From Naegleria gruberi (lineage: Eukaryota), in NCBI GenBank assembly GCA_000004985.1, contig GG738861.1: DNA of 64,000 nucleotides. The stretch is one strand, 5' to 3'. Positions within the stretch are counted from its first letter, which is position 1. Each line of letters begins with the position of its first letter. The position numbers and the translations under genes were made by a program. Shown here one piece after another: positions 32,240 through 42,555 of the stretch. The notes under the pieces are model-generated. The model did not search any database. It worked only from the letters and a program-made list of their open reading frames with translations, and was not told where the DNA came from.

Positions 32240-33448
32240 TTATAAAGTTTTTATTGGTGCAAAACGATAGTGAGCAGGTAATTTCGATCTATTGATAAAG
32301 TCCACTGAACGATCATATTGTGGTAACAACTTGCAAACTTGCATGAGGATTTTACCTCTTGAATTTCTGGATTCGGCCATTGAAAATGCTGATTTGATAC
32401 TCTCCAAAGACATTTCATTGAATGCTTCGGCAATTCGTGTTTGTATCTTTCCAGTGGTGTGATATTCTGCCAATTGTTCGAGTGTATCCGATTGATTTTT
32501 AGTATTGATTGTGAAAAAGACATATTCAGGACCTAGACCTAAAGTTGAAATGACCCTTCTCCATGAATTGTAAGTTCCAATAGATATCATTTTGAGAAGT
32601 GAAATTGGTTCATTAGCAAGACCAACTTGTATATATTTTGATTGTCTAGATCTGAGGAATTTCCAAGCTCTCTTCTTCAAATCCTTATCTCCAATAAGGT
32701 CGATAATAACATCCACATCAGGTGTATTATATTCAAAATCTTTTACAGTTTCTCCTTCTTTAATTTCATTCTTATCCTCCACTTTGGCATCTCCATAAAT
32801 TGAAAATGTTGAGAATGGTTTCAAATCCTTCACAATTTCCATACCAGCATCAGTTGTGCATCCTGCATAAACTTCTGCTTCTAAAACATTTCTAGCGTAT
32901 TGAACACAATAAGATCCAACATTTCCAGAAGCTCCCAAAATTAAAACTCTTGACCCCTTCTTTACCTTTCCAATATTCACTAAACTTTGATGAGCAGTCA
33001 ATCCTACCATCGGAATTGTACTTGCTTCAGCGTGTGAAAGTTCCTTTGGTTTCAATGCAATAGATTCCTCATGAAAAATATTATATTCAGCCAAACATCC
33101 TCCTTCTCCATTAATTCCAAATACTTCATCTCCAACTTTAAATCTCGATGCTGATGATCCTGTCTGTACCACAATACCACTCATATCCGATGAAGGTATC
33201 AATGGAAATGATGGTTTTCCGAGGAGAATATTTTGAAAGAAACCACTCCTAATTTTATAATCAAAAGGATTAATACTCGAATAGACAATCTTAACTAGAA
33301 CACTCCTCTCCAATTCCTTTGATGATTTTTTACTCGACTCGAAGGAAGGAACAGGAGTAAATTGATCAGAATATTGCAACACGTCCAAGCCTCCATATTT
33401 TTGATAGTAAATGGCTCTCATGGTTGGAGGAAGTGATTGTGATGACAT
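32240..33448 (-). CDS. Medium-chain dehydrogenase/reductase (zinc-type ADH superfamily), RTN4IP1/quinone-oxidoreductase-like
   Basis: N-terminus MRAIYYQKYGGLDVLQY...VLVKIVYSSINPFDYKIRSGF ~ human RTN4IP1 [21 protein letters not shown]. Nucleotide-binding motif RVLILGASGNVGSYCVQYA (GxxGxxG). Confidence 0.85.
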   Translation of the reverse strand: MSSQSLPPTMRAIYYQKYGGLDVLQYSDQFTPVPSFESSKKSSKELERSVLVKIVYSSINPFDYKIRSGFFQNILLGKPSFPLIPSSDMSGIVVQTGSSASRFKVGDEVFGINGEGGCLAEYNIFHEESIALKPKELSHAEASTIPMVGLTAHQSLVNIGKVKKGSRVLILGASGNVGSYCVQYARNVLEAEVYAGCTTDAGMEIVKDLKPFSTFSIYGDAKVEDKNEIKEGETVKDFEYNTPDVDVIIDLIGDKDLKKRAWKFLRSRQSKYIQVGLANEPISLLKMISIGTYNSWRRVISTLGLGPEYVFFTINTKNQSDTLEQLAEYHTTGKIQTRIAEAFNEMSLESIKSAFSMAESRNSRGKILMQVCKLLPQYDRSVDFINRSKLPAHYRFAPIKTL

Positions 33449-34159
33449 TTTTTTATATTTTTAATGGAATTTCTAATCTTCAACAAGAATATTTCAACTT
33501 CTTGCACTTTCGATAGATTGTAATGTACATCTTTCTAGTTTGAATCTTAAACTCATAGTTATCATCAAGAATAGTACTTTTGGGGATATGATAGAGTGGT
33601 GTGTAGTGGAGAGTGTGAGATCCATCCAGATCATGCGAAAATCAAAATCGTAGTAGATTCATTGATGATCTTCATCTCTCAGAATACTCAAAATTATTCA
33701 AATTTCATATTTCTCAAAGAAGATAATGCTTTGCAAGATATCCTAAATGAAAAGTTTATTTGAAACTATCCCAAGCAGCCTTCTTCTTGCAATTCTCTTT
33801 ACATCTTTCACCTTAGCTCTCTTGACTTCAAAAATCTTTCCTCCAACTTCAATTTCTTAATCATTGTGCAATAACACATTTATCAACACATTGATTTTGA
33901 AAATTGTGAATTTAGAATGAACAGTATTAAGAGAATTCTTGGATTGAAAACATTTCAATCCTACTTGAAACACTCTAAATTACCTCAATTAACCACCATC
34001 GTTACCACTCAATGTAGTCCATATAAGAACACAAGTGCCATCAAAATAATTATCAATCAAATCAAAATTTATATGAATCAATTCATTAATCATGAAAACA
34101 TCATCAAAATCCAAAATAAATAACCAAAGTTCACTTTAAATTTCCAATCTTCATACGAA

Positions 34160-35037
34160 ATGGTGAACTTTTCAAAGCAAAAAAACATGTCAGCAACTGA
34201 GATGCAACCAAAATCTTATCCCATCTTTGCATTCCTTCGTGACTTTTCCATCACAGGAGGAGTGTATTTTGCCTCGTGTACAATAACAAATCCCATTAGA
34301 GGGGCTGTATTCCACTTGGGAACACAAGACATTTTTTCTGATAAACCAAAATATACAGGAATAATCAATTATCTTGTAAATACTGTTAAGAATAATGGGA
34401 TTAGAGGCTTATGGGCTTTCAATGTTGGAATTTATTTGAGAGAAGTGTCAGGTGTCGCCTTTAACTTTGCTTTTCATGCATCATTCAAGAAAATTCTTCC
34501 ACAATTTTCTCCAGTCAATAATCAATTGGAATACATGTTGATGCAATTCATATCTGGTGGACTAGCAGTTCTTACCACAAGAAGTTTCCAACATCCTCTC
34601 GATTTTTTATCTACTTATGAATATCGTGATCTAAAACCAGGATTTAGAGCTTGCTTTAATGGACTTGGTGATGTAGTATGATTTATGGTGGTTTATATTT
34701 TGGATTATTTGATATTTGGAAAGAAATGAGAAGGAATCAACATTCCTTTGTGGAAAAACTTGGTGTGGCTCATGGAATTTCCCTTATTTCTACAATAGCA
34801 ATTTATCCAGTTGGAATGGCTAAAAGAGAAGCATTTGAAAAAGCACACAACCTTGTATCTCAAAGGAAATTCTATAATGGTACCTTAAAAGAATTATTTA
34901 ACATTGGAAAAGAACAAGGAGTGAAAGGTTTGTTTAGAGGGCTCTCTGGTGGATACCCTATTCTTTCAAGTATTAAACCAGCTTGTACTTTGGTGCTATT
35001 TGATGAAATACGTGGATGGTTATTGAAACAAGAATAG
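34160..35037 (+). pseudogene. Divergent ADP/ATP-carrier-like mitochondrial carrier gene, interrupted by a -1 frame break at about 34672-34681 (pseudogene or sequence indel)
   Basis: ORF 34160..34681 is AAC-like: FLRDFSITGG, YTGIINYLVNTVKNNGIRGLWAFNVGIYLREVSGVAFNFAFHASFKK. It ends at ...FNGLGDVV*. The homology continues in the -1 frame from ATG at 34678: IYGGLYFGLFD ... YNGTLKELFNIGKEQGVKGLFRGLSGGYPIL. The two frames overlap and no GT..AG intron can bridge them. Carrier signature motifs are degenerate (NPIRGA instead of Px[DE]xx[KR]). Confidence 0.6.
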
Positions 35038-35048
35038 AAAATGTATTT

Positions 35049-36172
35049 TTATGGAGATAGTTCATTAATTGTTGTGATGATTTGAATGTCAGTCAGTAAT
35101 TTCCTCAGATAAATATTATACATAGTTGTTATCATTCTATTGGTGATTGGAAGTAAACATGGAGAAATAAAAGGAGTGGTGACATTATCAAAGATTAGTT
35201 CAGTAACTGATCTTACTTCTTCTTCTGAAGTTACATTAACAATATGATAAGAATCGAGATGAAATGAAACTCTTTCCAAATATTCTGTTATGATGGAATT
35301 AATAACTATTCTTTCATTGTAATCATTTGAAATTATTTCCAATTCTGGCCTCACAACTGAATTAATCTTCCTACTATATTCCATTCTTTTCTGCAATTTC
35401 TTTACCAGAATATCTGGCTTTGTAAAGAGAATTACTTTACGAGCATCAGAAAGAAGCCCATTTCCAAACAATTTTCCTATCATTTCCAAAGAATCATTCA
35501 TCACTTCTACATTATTATACTCCACTAAATTAAATTCTGAAAGGGAGACTGTGTAGATCAAAATTTTGATATTTTCAATACAGTAGATCCACTTTCTTCT
35601 TTCAGATCTTCTTCCAAATGCATCAAGAAATTCAACATTTGAATTATTCCAAATAGTTCTATAAGAAGTTATTCCACTGCTTCTCAATTTAATTAATGAG
35701 AAAGGATCAAATATTTTCTTTCTTTCAATTCTTGTGACAAACTCTTCCACATTTTCATATAACATTGCATTCTTAGCCCAGTTTGATTCATAATACTCTT
35801 TAAAGAATGGACAATTCCACAATTTTACCAATAGCCACATGCTGAATCATCTTGTATCCTTTGGATAAAACTTTCGTCAGTAGTTGATTCGAATATATTT
35901 CCCATATCTTCATCAAGATGTTCAACTATTTTTCTTAACTGCTGCTTTGCCTCCTCCTTATCCATCGAGTAATAAATTCGTTCAATAATCCAAAAACTAG
36001 CAAGTTGTAAATTATATTCGAATTTGTCATCATCAAAGTTTCTAATAGTGCATCTTTGAACGGATCGAAAAAAAGTTGATTTACCAGAATGAGATGATCC
36101 CAGTATTAGAACTTTTTGGAGGTTTTTGTCTTCTTTGTTAGCACGCTTGGATTTCGATTTGGATAAACCCAT
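35049..36172 (-). pseudogene. Heterotrimeric G-protein alpha-subunit-like gene with a -1 frame break near 35826-35846 and degenerate GTPase motifs
   Basis: N-terminal ORF (36172..35825): MGLSKSKSK... (N-myristoylation-type MGxxxS) and P-loop KVLILGSSHSGKST. C-terminal ORF (35840..35049): switch II / Q-loop region DAFGRRSERRKWIYCIE versus canonical DVGGQRSERKKWIHCFE (catalytic Gln replaced by Arg, first Gly by Phe). The NKxD motif appears as LFTKPDIL. No GT..AG intron reconciles the two frames. Confidence 0.65.
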
Positions 36173-36269
36173 TTTTTTGAATTAAAACTATTTAAATATT
36201 AAATTGTTAAATACATAATATTAAATATTTCCATTAATTAATAGAAAATGCTATCATCACATTCAAATA

Positions 36270-36584
36270 TTGATGATGAGGAAATTTCTACTGGTACTGG
36301 AGAGAATGATACATGATTGTGAGCAAATGCTTTCTTTTTTACAAAAGATTTCTCTCGCTCTTAATGAGATCCACAAAGATGATTACGTTCATGGAGATAT
36401 TAAGCCAGAACACATCTGGATCTCTCCAGAGGGCACTAGAGTTGGCTCAAACTCAGCTGATATCTACTCATTAGGACTTTCCATCCTCCAAATATTGTAT
36501 GGAAGCAGTGATCCCAATTACATTCGAAACAACAAAGAAAAGCTTTTGGAAAATTTAACTTGTAATGAGCTTAGGTATTCTTGA
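36270..36584 (+). pseudogene. Orphan protein-kinase C-lobe fragment (kinase gene remnant)
   Basis: 104-aa ORF with a catalytic-loop-like HGDIKPEHIW and subdomain IX-like SADIYSLGLSILQIL. It has no N-lobe (no GxGxxG, VAIK or alphaC) and no DFG. No upstream coding space remains, because the G-alpha-like gene abuts it on the other strand. Confidence 0.5.
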
Positions 36585-36729
36585 AAAGATGTTGAAAGAC
36601 AATCCCTTAGAAAGATTTCAAAACGCTTCTCAATTAGTTTACTAGTCTCAAATCACTAAAGATCAATAATTTCTCTTTTAATTGTTGTGAATTCTTTTAT
36701 GTTTATTAAGCAATTGAGGTGAACATGAA

Positions 36730-36802
36730 GCCGACATAGCTCAGTTGGGAGAGCGTAAGACTGAAGATCTTAAGGTCCCTGGTTCGATCCCTGGTGTCGG
36801 CA
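36730..36802 (+). tRNA. tRNA-Phe (anticodon GAA), 73 nt, no encoded CCA
   Basis: GCCGACATAGCTCAGTTGGGAGAGCGTAAGACTGAAGATCTTAAGGTCCCTGGTTCGATCCCTGGTGTCGGCA. Acceptor stem 7/7. D arm GCTC/GAGC. Anticodon stem TAAGA/TCTTA with loop CTGAAGA. T arm CCTGG-TTCGATC-CCTGG has a single U51-U63 mismatch. Near-identical to metazoan tRNA-Phe. Followed by a T-run. Confidence 0.95.
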
Positions 36803-36804
36803 AA

Positions 36805-36808
36805 TTTT
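36805..36808 (+). terminator. RNA polymerase III oligo-T terminator for tRNA-Phe
   Basis: TTTT immediately 3' of the tRNA discriminator base (caaaTTTTaac). Confidence 0.4.
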
Positions 36809-37560
36809 AACTTTGAATCATTACTGCATTTTCAATATTTATTTAATCTTAGAATTTTGGTCTATTCGAAAGCAACAGAGTGAGTTTTTGTGTTGGATCT
36901 GTGTTGTGTTCAAGGAATTCTTTCGAATAACATAAACTAAACGAATACCACTTACCAAGAAGAGAACTATTTCAGTAGCAATAACGGAAAGGTATAATAC
37001 AAAGAGTGAAATATAAATTGGAGTGACGGCAAATCTAATTTCTTGAAATTTGAGCAACAAGTTGACCGTACCATTAGATACAGAAACAGTAACCATTACA
37101 ATCCAAAAATAACAGTTGATGTTCTTTTACCCATAACTGTTTGTAACTATTTCAATCCTAAATATTCGAAAGTAAAGAAAAACTTTCAAAATGGTCAAAA
37201 TGAAAGACATGATGAAACAACTGAAAGGAATCATTTGAAGGAAGGAATGACATTCTCCAAGAATGCAGTTGCCCACAGTAATTTCCATCACTGTCTCCTT
37301 ATCAATAGTTTATATTCACATGAAGTCCAGTCGAATTATAAATTAATCTAAAGAGCAAGGCAATAGCATGGTGAATACGAAACTGAGCATGACCCATGCA
37401 TTCTTTGATGAGTTTAGTTTGAAAATAAGAATCAAATAGATCCAATCATACACAAGAACAGGAAAATGAATTAAAAAAAAATTAATTTATCATTTTATTT
37501 TTAGAAAATTTAAAACCAAAAAGTTTTTGCCCCTTAAAAATAAAATTTAAATTAAAAATA

Positions 37561-37920
37561 ATGCCATCAAACTTCTCATCCGAACAATACAAACAACTTA
37601 ACAAACAAGTTACACCACCAGCTGCAACATTTGAAAGATTGCAACAAAAAACTCCATCTTCTAAAGCAGCTCCAGTCCTCAACAATCTTCCAACTACTCC
37701 ATCAAAGGCAACACAAAGCAAGACTGTGAACTCTTTATTAACCGGAATTAAAAACCTTCCATTGGAAGCTGCTCAATTTAAAAAGAAGAAGGGTGCCGGT
37801 CTTGTCGCTCTCGCTTTAGGTTCATTGATTGTTGGTTCTTATTCCTACACTATCAAGAGTATGAAACAAGAAAACTTTGCCGATGTTGTCATTCCAGATA
37901 CTTTGAAGCTCAAAGAATAA
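37561..37920 (+). CDS. Small (119 aa) tail-anchored-type membrane protein, function unknown
   Basis: ATG at 37561. Basic patch KKKKGAGLVALALGSLIVGSYSY forms a C-terminal TM helix. Stop TAA at 37918-37920. An A/T-rich leader lies upstream. Confidence 0.4.
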   Translation: MPSNFSSEQYKQLNKQVTPPAATFERLQQKTPSSKAAPVLNNLPTTPSKATQSKTVNSLLTGIKNLPLEAAQFKKKKGAGLVALALGSLIVGSYSYTIKSMKQENFADVVIPDTLKLKE

Positions 37921-38103
37921 TTTAAAATTGTGGATACTTTTAAATCGGATCATATTGTCACTTGATGGTGGATACTCACATTTAGTAATAATGGATATCT
38001 AGCATCGGCTCATGCCACTTATTTAATAATAAAAGAAATTTGGAAATAATAATATTCTGTATTATTTAACATTAAACGCATTGAGAATATTAAATAGGCG
38101 AAA

Positions 38104-39699
38104 TTAATAAGAAGAAAGTCGTGATGATACCGAACCAACATGCTCCACTAGATCGGGTATCACCAAGTATGAATCGAGATCCTTGTGTCGTTTCTTGTAA
38201 ACGTAATTGTAAATTATTCTATCATTTGGATATTCTGATGAGGCTTGTGGTTGCCATTCTCTCAAATAATCAAGAAATGGATTTATGAGTTCAGGTTTGT
38301 TTGGATAAAGCATGGCTAGTAGTACATTAAATATTAATAACTAGAAAATATTAATACAAAACTTACCAACCGCACTACCATAATGAGGGAAATCTCTTTG
38401 CAAATGATATTTTCTTCCAGTTCCTTCATATTCATTGGAGAAGAATTTAGTGAGCTTGATGAATTTGGATTCCAAATAGTGGAATCGAACCAAGAGTAAG
38501 AATCCGAGTGTAATGGCAAACAGTAACACAAATATCCAATAGAATTTAAATCTATTGAGAATAATCTTGTCATTTCCACTATTGAATTGATTTGCTTGAA
38601 TTGTAAAGTAACCAATGGTCATGATGAAGGAAAAGAATAAAGCTACAAAAGAAATCAAGTGCAATCTCTTCTCATTGTAATCATTGTAGGAATGAGAAAA
38701 ATACAATTTCATCCACATAAATGATCTATTTTTGAATAGTCTCTCTCTGTCTTCATTCCTATTTGATGGGTCGTAGAAATCGTGATTCATATTTTTCAAT
38801 AGCTCTCTAATACTATCTAGCCATCCTTTTGGTACTACTGCATCATCCTCCAAAATGATAATATAATCCATATGAGGATAATGTTTCGTACAATATTCAA
38901 TTGCTGTTATATAGTCCAAAGCTTGTTTTTGATGATAGCTCATACTATAAACTTGATCAAAATTACTAGTGAAGAAATGTCTATCTCCCTTGATATCATC
39001 CCTGTGAAAAATGTTAAAAATTTGCTTTTCCTTAATAGCGTTCAAATGTCCAGTTGGGAACGAACTTGCATCAAATATATTGATTGCAATATTGGAGGTG
39101 GGTATCAAATCATTCATGGAGGTATTGGCCAAAATTGAATGAATCAAAACTTCTTGGTATTGTCTGTTTCTGGTAATCGAAGGTATCGAGATGCAAAATT
39201 TAGAATGCTCAACTGGTCCACTACTTGGTGTCTTGGCCTGTTCAAATGATTTCCTCAATAGAGAAACCAATTCTGTAGGCATATTATTAATATAATTCCG
39301 AGCTTTATCAATTCTATCCAATTCATTCCTTTGTATTTCCTCACCCGTAGTGTCGTGATGTTTTGCAAACATTGAAGATGGCAAAACCTTCCGCATCATT
39401 GAAAAGGCATATTGTGCTCTATCCTCCCGTGTGATACTAATCATTACAAATAAAAACAATATTGATAAGAGTATAATTTTGCATGAGGTTATTAAATTTG
39501 ATTTGATCGTCTCCGAGAATGAATGTTCTTCCAATAGAAAATTAGAAATCGGAGATGTTGTTGTTGTGGAAGATTTACTCGGTAATGTAGGTGAATCATC
39601 AGTGATGATATCCGATTCCTTGTGAGTGGTTACATTGGGTTGTTCTACTTCTATTCCTTCACCAAGTGGAGAGGATGCTGCATTGGTACGTAAAGACAT
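38104..39699 (-). CDS. Type-II-like membrane protein with a glycosyltransferase-like EDD motif. Two exons: complement(38367..39699, 38104..38315); the 51-nt intron is 38316..38366
   Basis: N-terminal TM helix LITSCKIILLSILFLFVMISI. Motif MDYIIILEDDAVVPKGWLDSI is a DxD-like signature as in GT13-type GlcNAc transferases. Second TM cluster near the C-terminus. GTAAGT donor after ...HYGSAV and CTAG acceptor; the phase-1 splice joins in frame to MLYPNKPELINPFLDYL.... Confidence 0.5.
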
Positions 39700-39878
39700 T
39701 TTTTGTAATGTTGAAAACTTTAAATTTCGAATCCTAAGTATTATAATTTATAATATTATAAGTTAATATGAAGGTTTTATGTGTGAAGTTGGTGAATAAA
39801 AACCATCACAAATTAATTAATTAAAACAACAAAAGAAGGATGAAGTTTTTAAATTGAAAAATTAAACTATTAAAAAAA

Positions 39879-41279
39879 ATGAATAATCAACAACAGCAAT
39901 CAATAAAAAATCCATTCGCCAAGTCTGCCCTTCAACTCCAGAAGGAGCAACGAAGGAAGTTGATGTTACAAAGACAACAAGGTGGTAATGCAACACCATC
40001 GGCATCATCATCATCACCAACTCCCAAACCAATAATACAAAACCGATCAGCACCACCTACACATATACCAAGACAAGCACCACCACAAAATGTAAATTAT
40101 AATAGACCACCTCCTAATGTAAATGTTACTGAATTACGTCTTACCAAGGTTGCTACACCGAATGCATACTACATTTGTAAATTCCCAAAGGTTTTGGACT
40201 TTGAATCAATGCCTGGACAATTAAAAATCAGACTTAAAGGAAAGGAGGATGAAGAGGCTGATATGGAGGAAAAACCACAAGAAGAGGAACCAGAACCAGA
40301 AGAAGAAAATCCATTCCAAAAAAAGAAACAAGTAAGAAGAAATCAAAAACATGAATATATTTTCGAAAATGCTGAGCCACCAAAGAAAGCTTTTGAAGGT
40401 ATTCCAGAGGAAACTCAGGATGCCAAATATGCTCTCTTTATCATTAGAGAAAATCCTCAAACAGGACAACAAGAATTTGGAGTTTTACCTGTCGGATCAC
40501 AATGGTTGACTTTCAGGCCAAGAATTTTAAAAGCCAATGCTGTTCCTCTAACTTTGGAACAAGCTGAAAAAAAGATGAAACAAAAAGATTCCCTGATGAG
40601 CGATCAATGGAAGAGAATTAAACCTGAAATTGCTGAGGAATTAAAACATGATAGAAAGAGAAAGAAGGAAAAGGAAATCGATGATGAAATGGACTTTGAG
40701 GATGTTAATGATGATGATGAACAAGATGAATATTCAAAGAAAATTTCTAGGGAAGATAGAATGGAAGCAAAGAAAGTTTTCGGATCTGATGACGAAAATG
40801 GATCTGACTCGGATTCTGACTCTGACGACGAAGAAAAGATGCGTAAGGAAAAGGAAAAGACCTCAAGACGAGAATTGGATAAGCTCATCAAGAAAGAAAA
40901 TGGAGAGGAGGTCGATGAGGAAGATGATGAAAATGAACAATTGAAGGAAAAGATCAAAGAAGCCAAAAAGAGAAAGGTCGAAGAAAACTCTTCTGGTTCA
41001 TCTGAAGTCAAGACAGAAGAACCAGAGGCCAAGAAGGTCAAAACAGAGCCAGTGTCAGAGAATGACAAACTAAAGAACTCAATCCTAAAGTATTTGAAGA
41101 AGAAGGGTGAAGTCAAGACAAGTCGTTTCAAGAAGAAGTTCTTTAAAGATTGCTCTTCTGAACAGGAAAAAGATCAAAGAAAGAACCAAGTTCTCCAAAT
41201 CATGAAGGAAATTGGAGCTAAAACTTATGACCAAAATGGAACCAAAGTTATCAAATTAGATCCAACTGCTCAAGAATGA
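39879..41279 (+). CDS. General transcription factor TFIIF alpha subunit (RAP74/Tfg1-like)
   Basis: N-terminal dimerisation-domain match YALFIIRENPQTGQQEFGVLPVGSQWLTFRP ~ human YYIFTQCPDGAFEAFPVHNWYNFTP. Highly charged D/E/K-rich centre. C-terminal winged helix NSILKYLKKKGEVKTSRFKKKFFKD...QVLQIMKEIG ~ human DAVRRYLTRKPMTTKDLLKKFQ...NVLAQILKRL. Confidence 0.7.
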   Translation: MNNQQQQSIKNPFAKSALQLQKEQRRKLMLQRQQGGNATPSASSSSPTPKPIIQNRSAPPTHIPRQAPPQNVNYNRPPPNVNVTELRLTKVATPNAYYICKFPKVLDFESMPGQLKIRLKGKEDEEADMEEKPQEEEPEPEEENPFQKKKQVRRNQKHEYIFENAEPPKKAFEGIPEETQDAKYALFIIRENPQTGQQEFGVLPVGSQWLTFRPRILKANAVPLTLEQAEKKMKQKDSLMSDQWKRIKPEIAEELKHDRKRKKEKEIDDEMDFEDVNDDDEQDEYSKKISREDRMEAKKVFGSDDENGSDSDSDSDDEEKMRKEKEKTSRRELDKLIKKENGEEVDEEDDENEQLKEKIKEAKKRKVEENSSGSSEVKTEEPEAKKVKTEPVSENDKLKNSILKYLKKKGEVKTSRFKKKFFKDCSSEQEKDQRKNQVLQIMKEIGAKTYDQNGTKVIKLDPTAQE

Positions 41280-41471
41280 TACTCTTCAGAATAAAAATCC
41301 AAGTTTGCTCTTAGTGTCTCAGAAATCTTAATTAAATTAATTTTATTGAGAGAATTTCTTCCATTTTACGTATTCATATTTACATTTAAAATGCTCTATC
41401 TAATTTACTAGTTGAGTTTTCAAAAGTTTAAATTGGTTTCAAATATCCGTATCAATTTCTTTTGAAATATC

Positions 41472-42062
41472 TTAATCATTTCTATCCATATCCTTTTCAA
41501 CTCTTCCTCTTTGCATTTCCAAGAACTTTTTGACTCTTTCGTCATTCTTTGTTTTTTCTTGCCAATACAAATTATAGTTACTGGCATTACCAAGTTCAAC
41601 TTGTTGCATATTCTTGGCCAAATCAACTTCTTCTTGACTTTGTGAAGATTGCCAATTATCCATGTAGGATTTAGTTTCAGGCATTTTAGAAACAATCCAC
41701 TCCTTGATAGCTGGTTGGGAAATGGCAAAAACAACTCCGAAAGGATACAACAAATACCAACCAAACTTGAAAGCTTCACGGCCAAATCTATATTTAATAG
41801 GAGGAATGTGGGAAAGAAGTTTTTGGAAGGAATTTTGTTTTACAGCACGGGTCGGAATTTCACCTAATTTTTGTTTTTCGTCAATGGATTTTTGTATAGA
41901 TTGTTTGTGGAATGTACTATATAAAGTTGGAATATCACCATTTGCACTGTGTTCACGAAGAGGTGTAAATGAAGATGATGATGGTTTGCTGGATGATGAT
42001 TCAGTCATTTTTTTAATTTGGATAAAATGTGTTTGGAGGACAATTTTGAAACAATTCGCCAC
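41472..42062 (-). CDS. Small membrane protein (about 178 aa if translation starts at Met 42008), function unknown
   Basis: One predicted TM helix FKFGWYLLYPFGVVFAISQPAI. The likely real start is MTESSSSKPSSSS at 42008 rather than the first in-frame Met of the track ORF. Confidence 0.4.
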   Translation of the reverse strand: MANCFKIVLQTHFIQIKKMTESSSSKPSSSSFTPLREHSANGDIPTLYSTFHKQSIQKSIDEKQKLGEIPTRAVKQNSFQKLLSHIPPIKYRFGREAFKFGWYLLYPFGVVFAISQPAIKEWIVSKMPETKSYMDNWQSSQSQEEVDLAKNMQQVELGNASNYNLYWQEKTKNDERVKKFLEMQRGRVEKDMDRND

Positions 42063-42555
42063 CTTCTTAGACTTTTTTCAGCTTCTCAATAATATCAACC
42101 ATAAGAAATACAATTGATTTTCAATTCATAACTCAGTGATTACTTTTCATGGTCACATTGGCTCGGCCCGAAGCAACTGATACTCCGTTCAAAAATTTCA
42201 AAGATTCAAAATTTTATTATTTTTTCAAAAAATGTTCAACCCACAAACATAAGCAAGGAATATTCTCCAATGCTTTTCAGCATTGCATTCCTTCCAATAA
42301 ACTTAGACATTTACAATTATTCACACCTCTCTTGCTGCCCATCTCTGAAAAAGAAGGTCATGTCTTTGATAGTGTGACATAGTGTCGAGAGCAGGCTTTG
42401 CTACCCCTCACGTAATGAGAGGAACGCGTTATAATGCATCCAACATCTCACTTTTTTACAATCAACAAAGTAATTAATAAAATTCTATCGTTTTCAGATT
42501 GGAAGAACATCCACTTGTTGATGGAAGTTTTTAACCCGCCAATAAGCAGAAAAAA

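Noticed and set aside
33917-34123. 68-aa ORF upstream of the carrier gene
   Set aside because: Low-complexity N/I/K-rich translation of an AT-rich intergenic or 5'-leader region. No motif and no plausible splice into the carrier gene.
34660-34700. Programmed -1 ribosomal frameshift joining the two carrier ORFs, and similarly at 35826-35846 for G-alpha
   Set aside because: No slippery heptamer (X XXY YYZ) or obvious downstream structure at either site. The organism uses standard stops elsewhere. Simple 1-nt indels (pseudogene or assembly error) explain both.
36839-37351. Small hydrophobic ORFs (85 and 102 aa) downstream of the tRNA
   Set aside because: Short, overlapping on opposite strands, with no conserved motif. 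Most likely random ORFs in an intergenic region.
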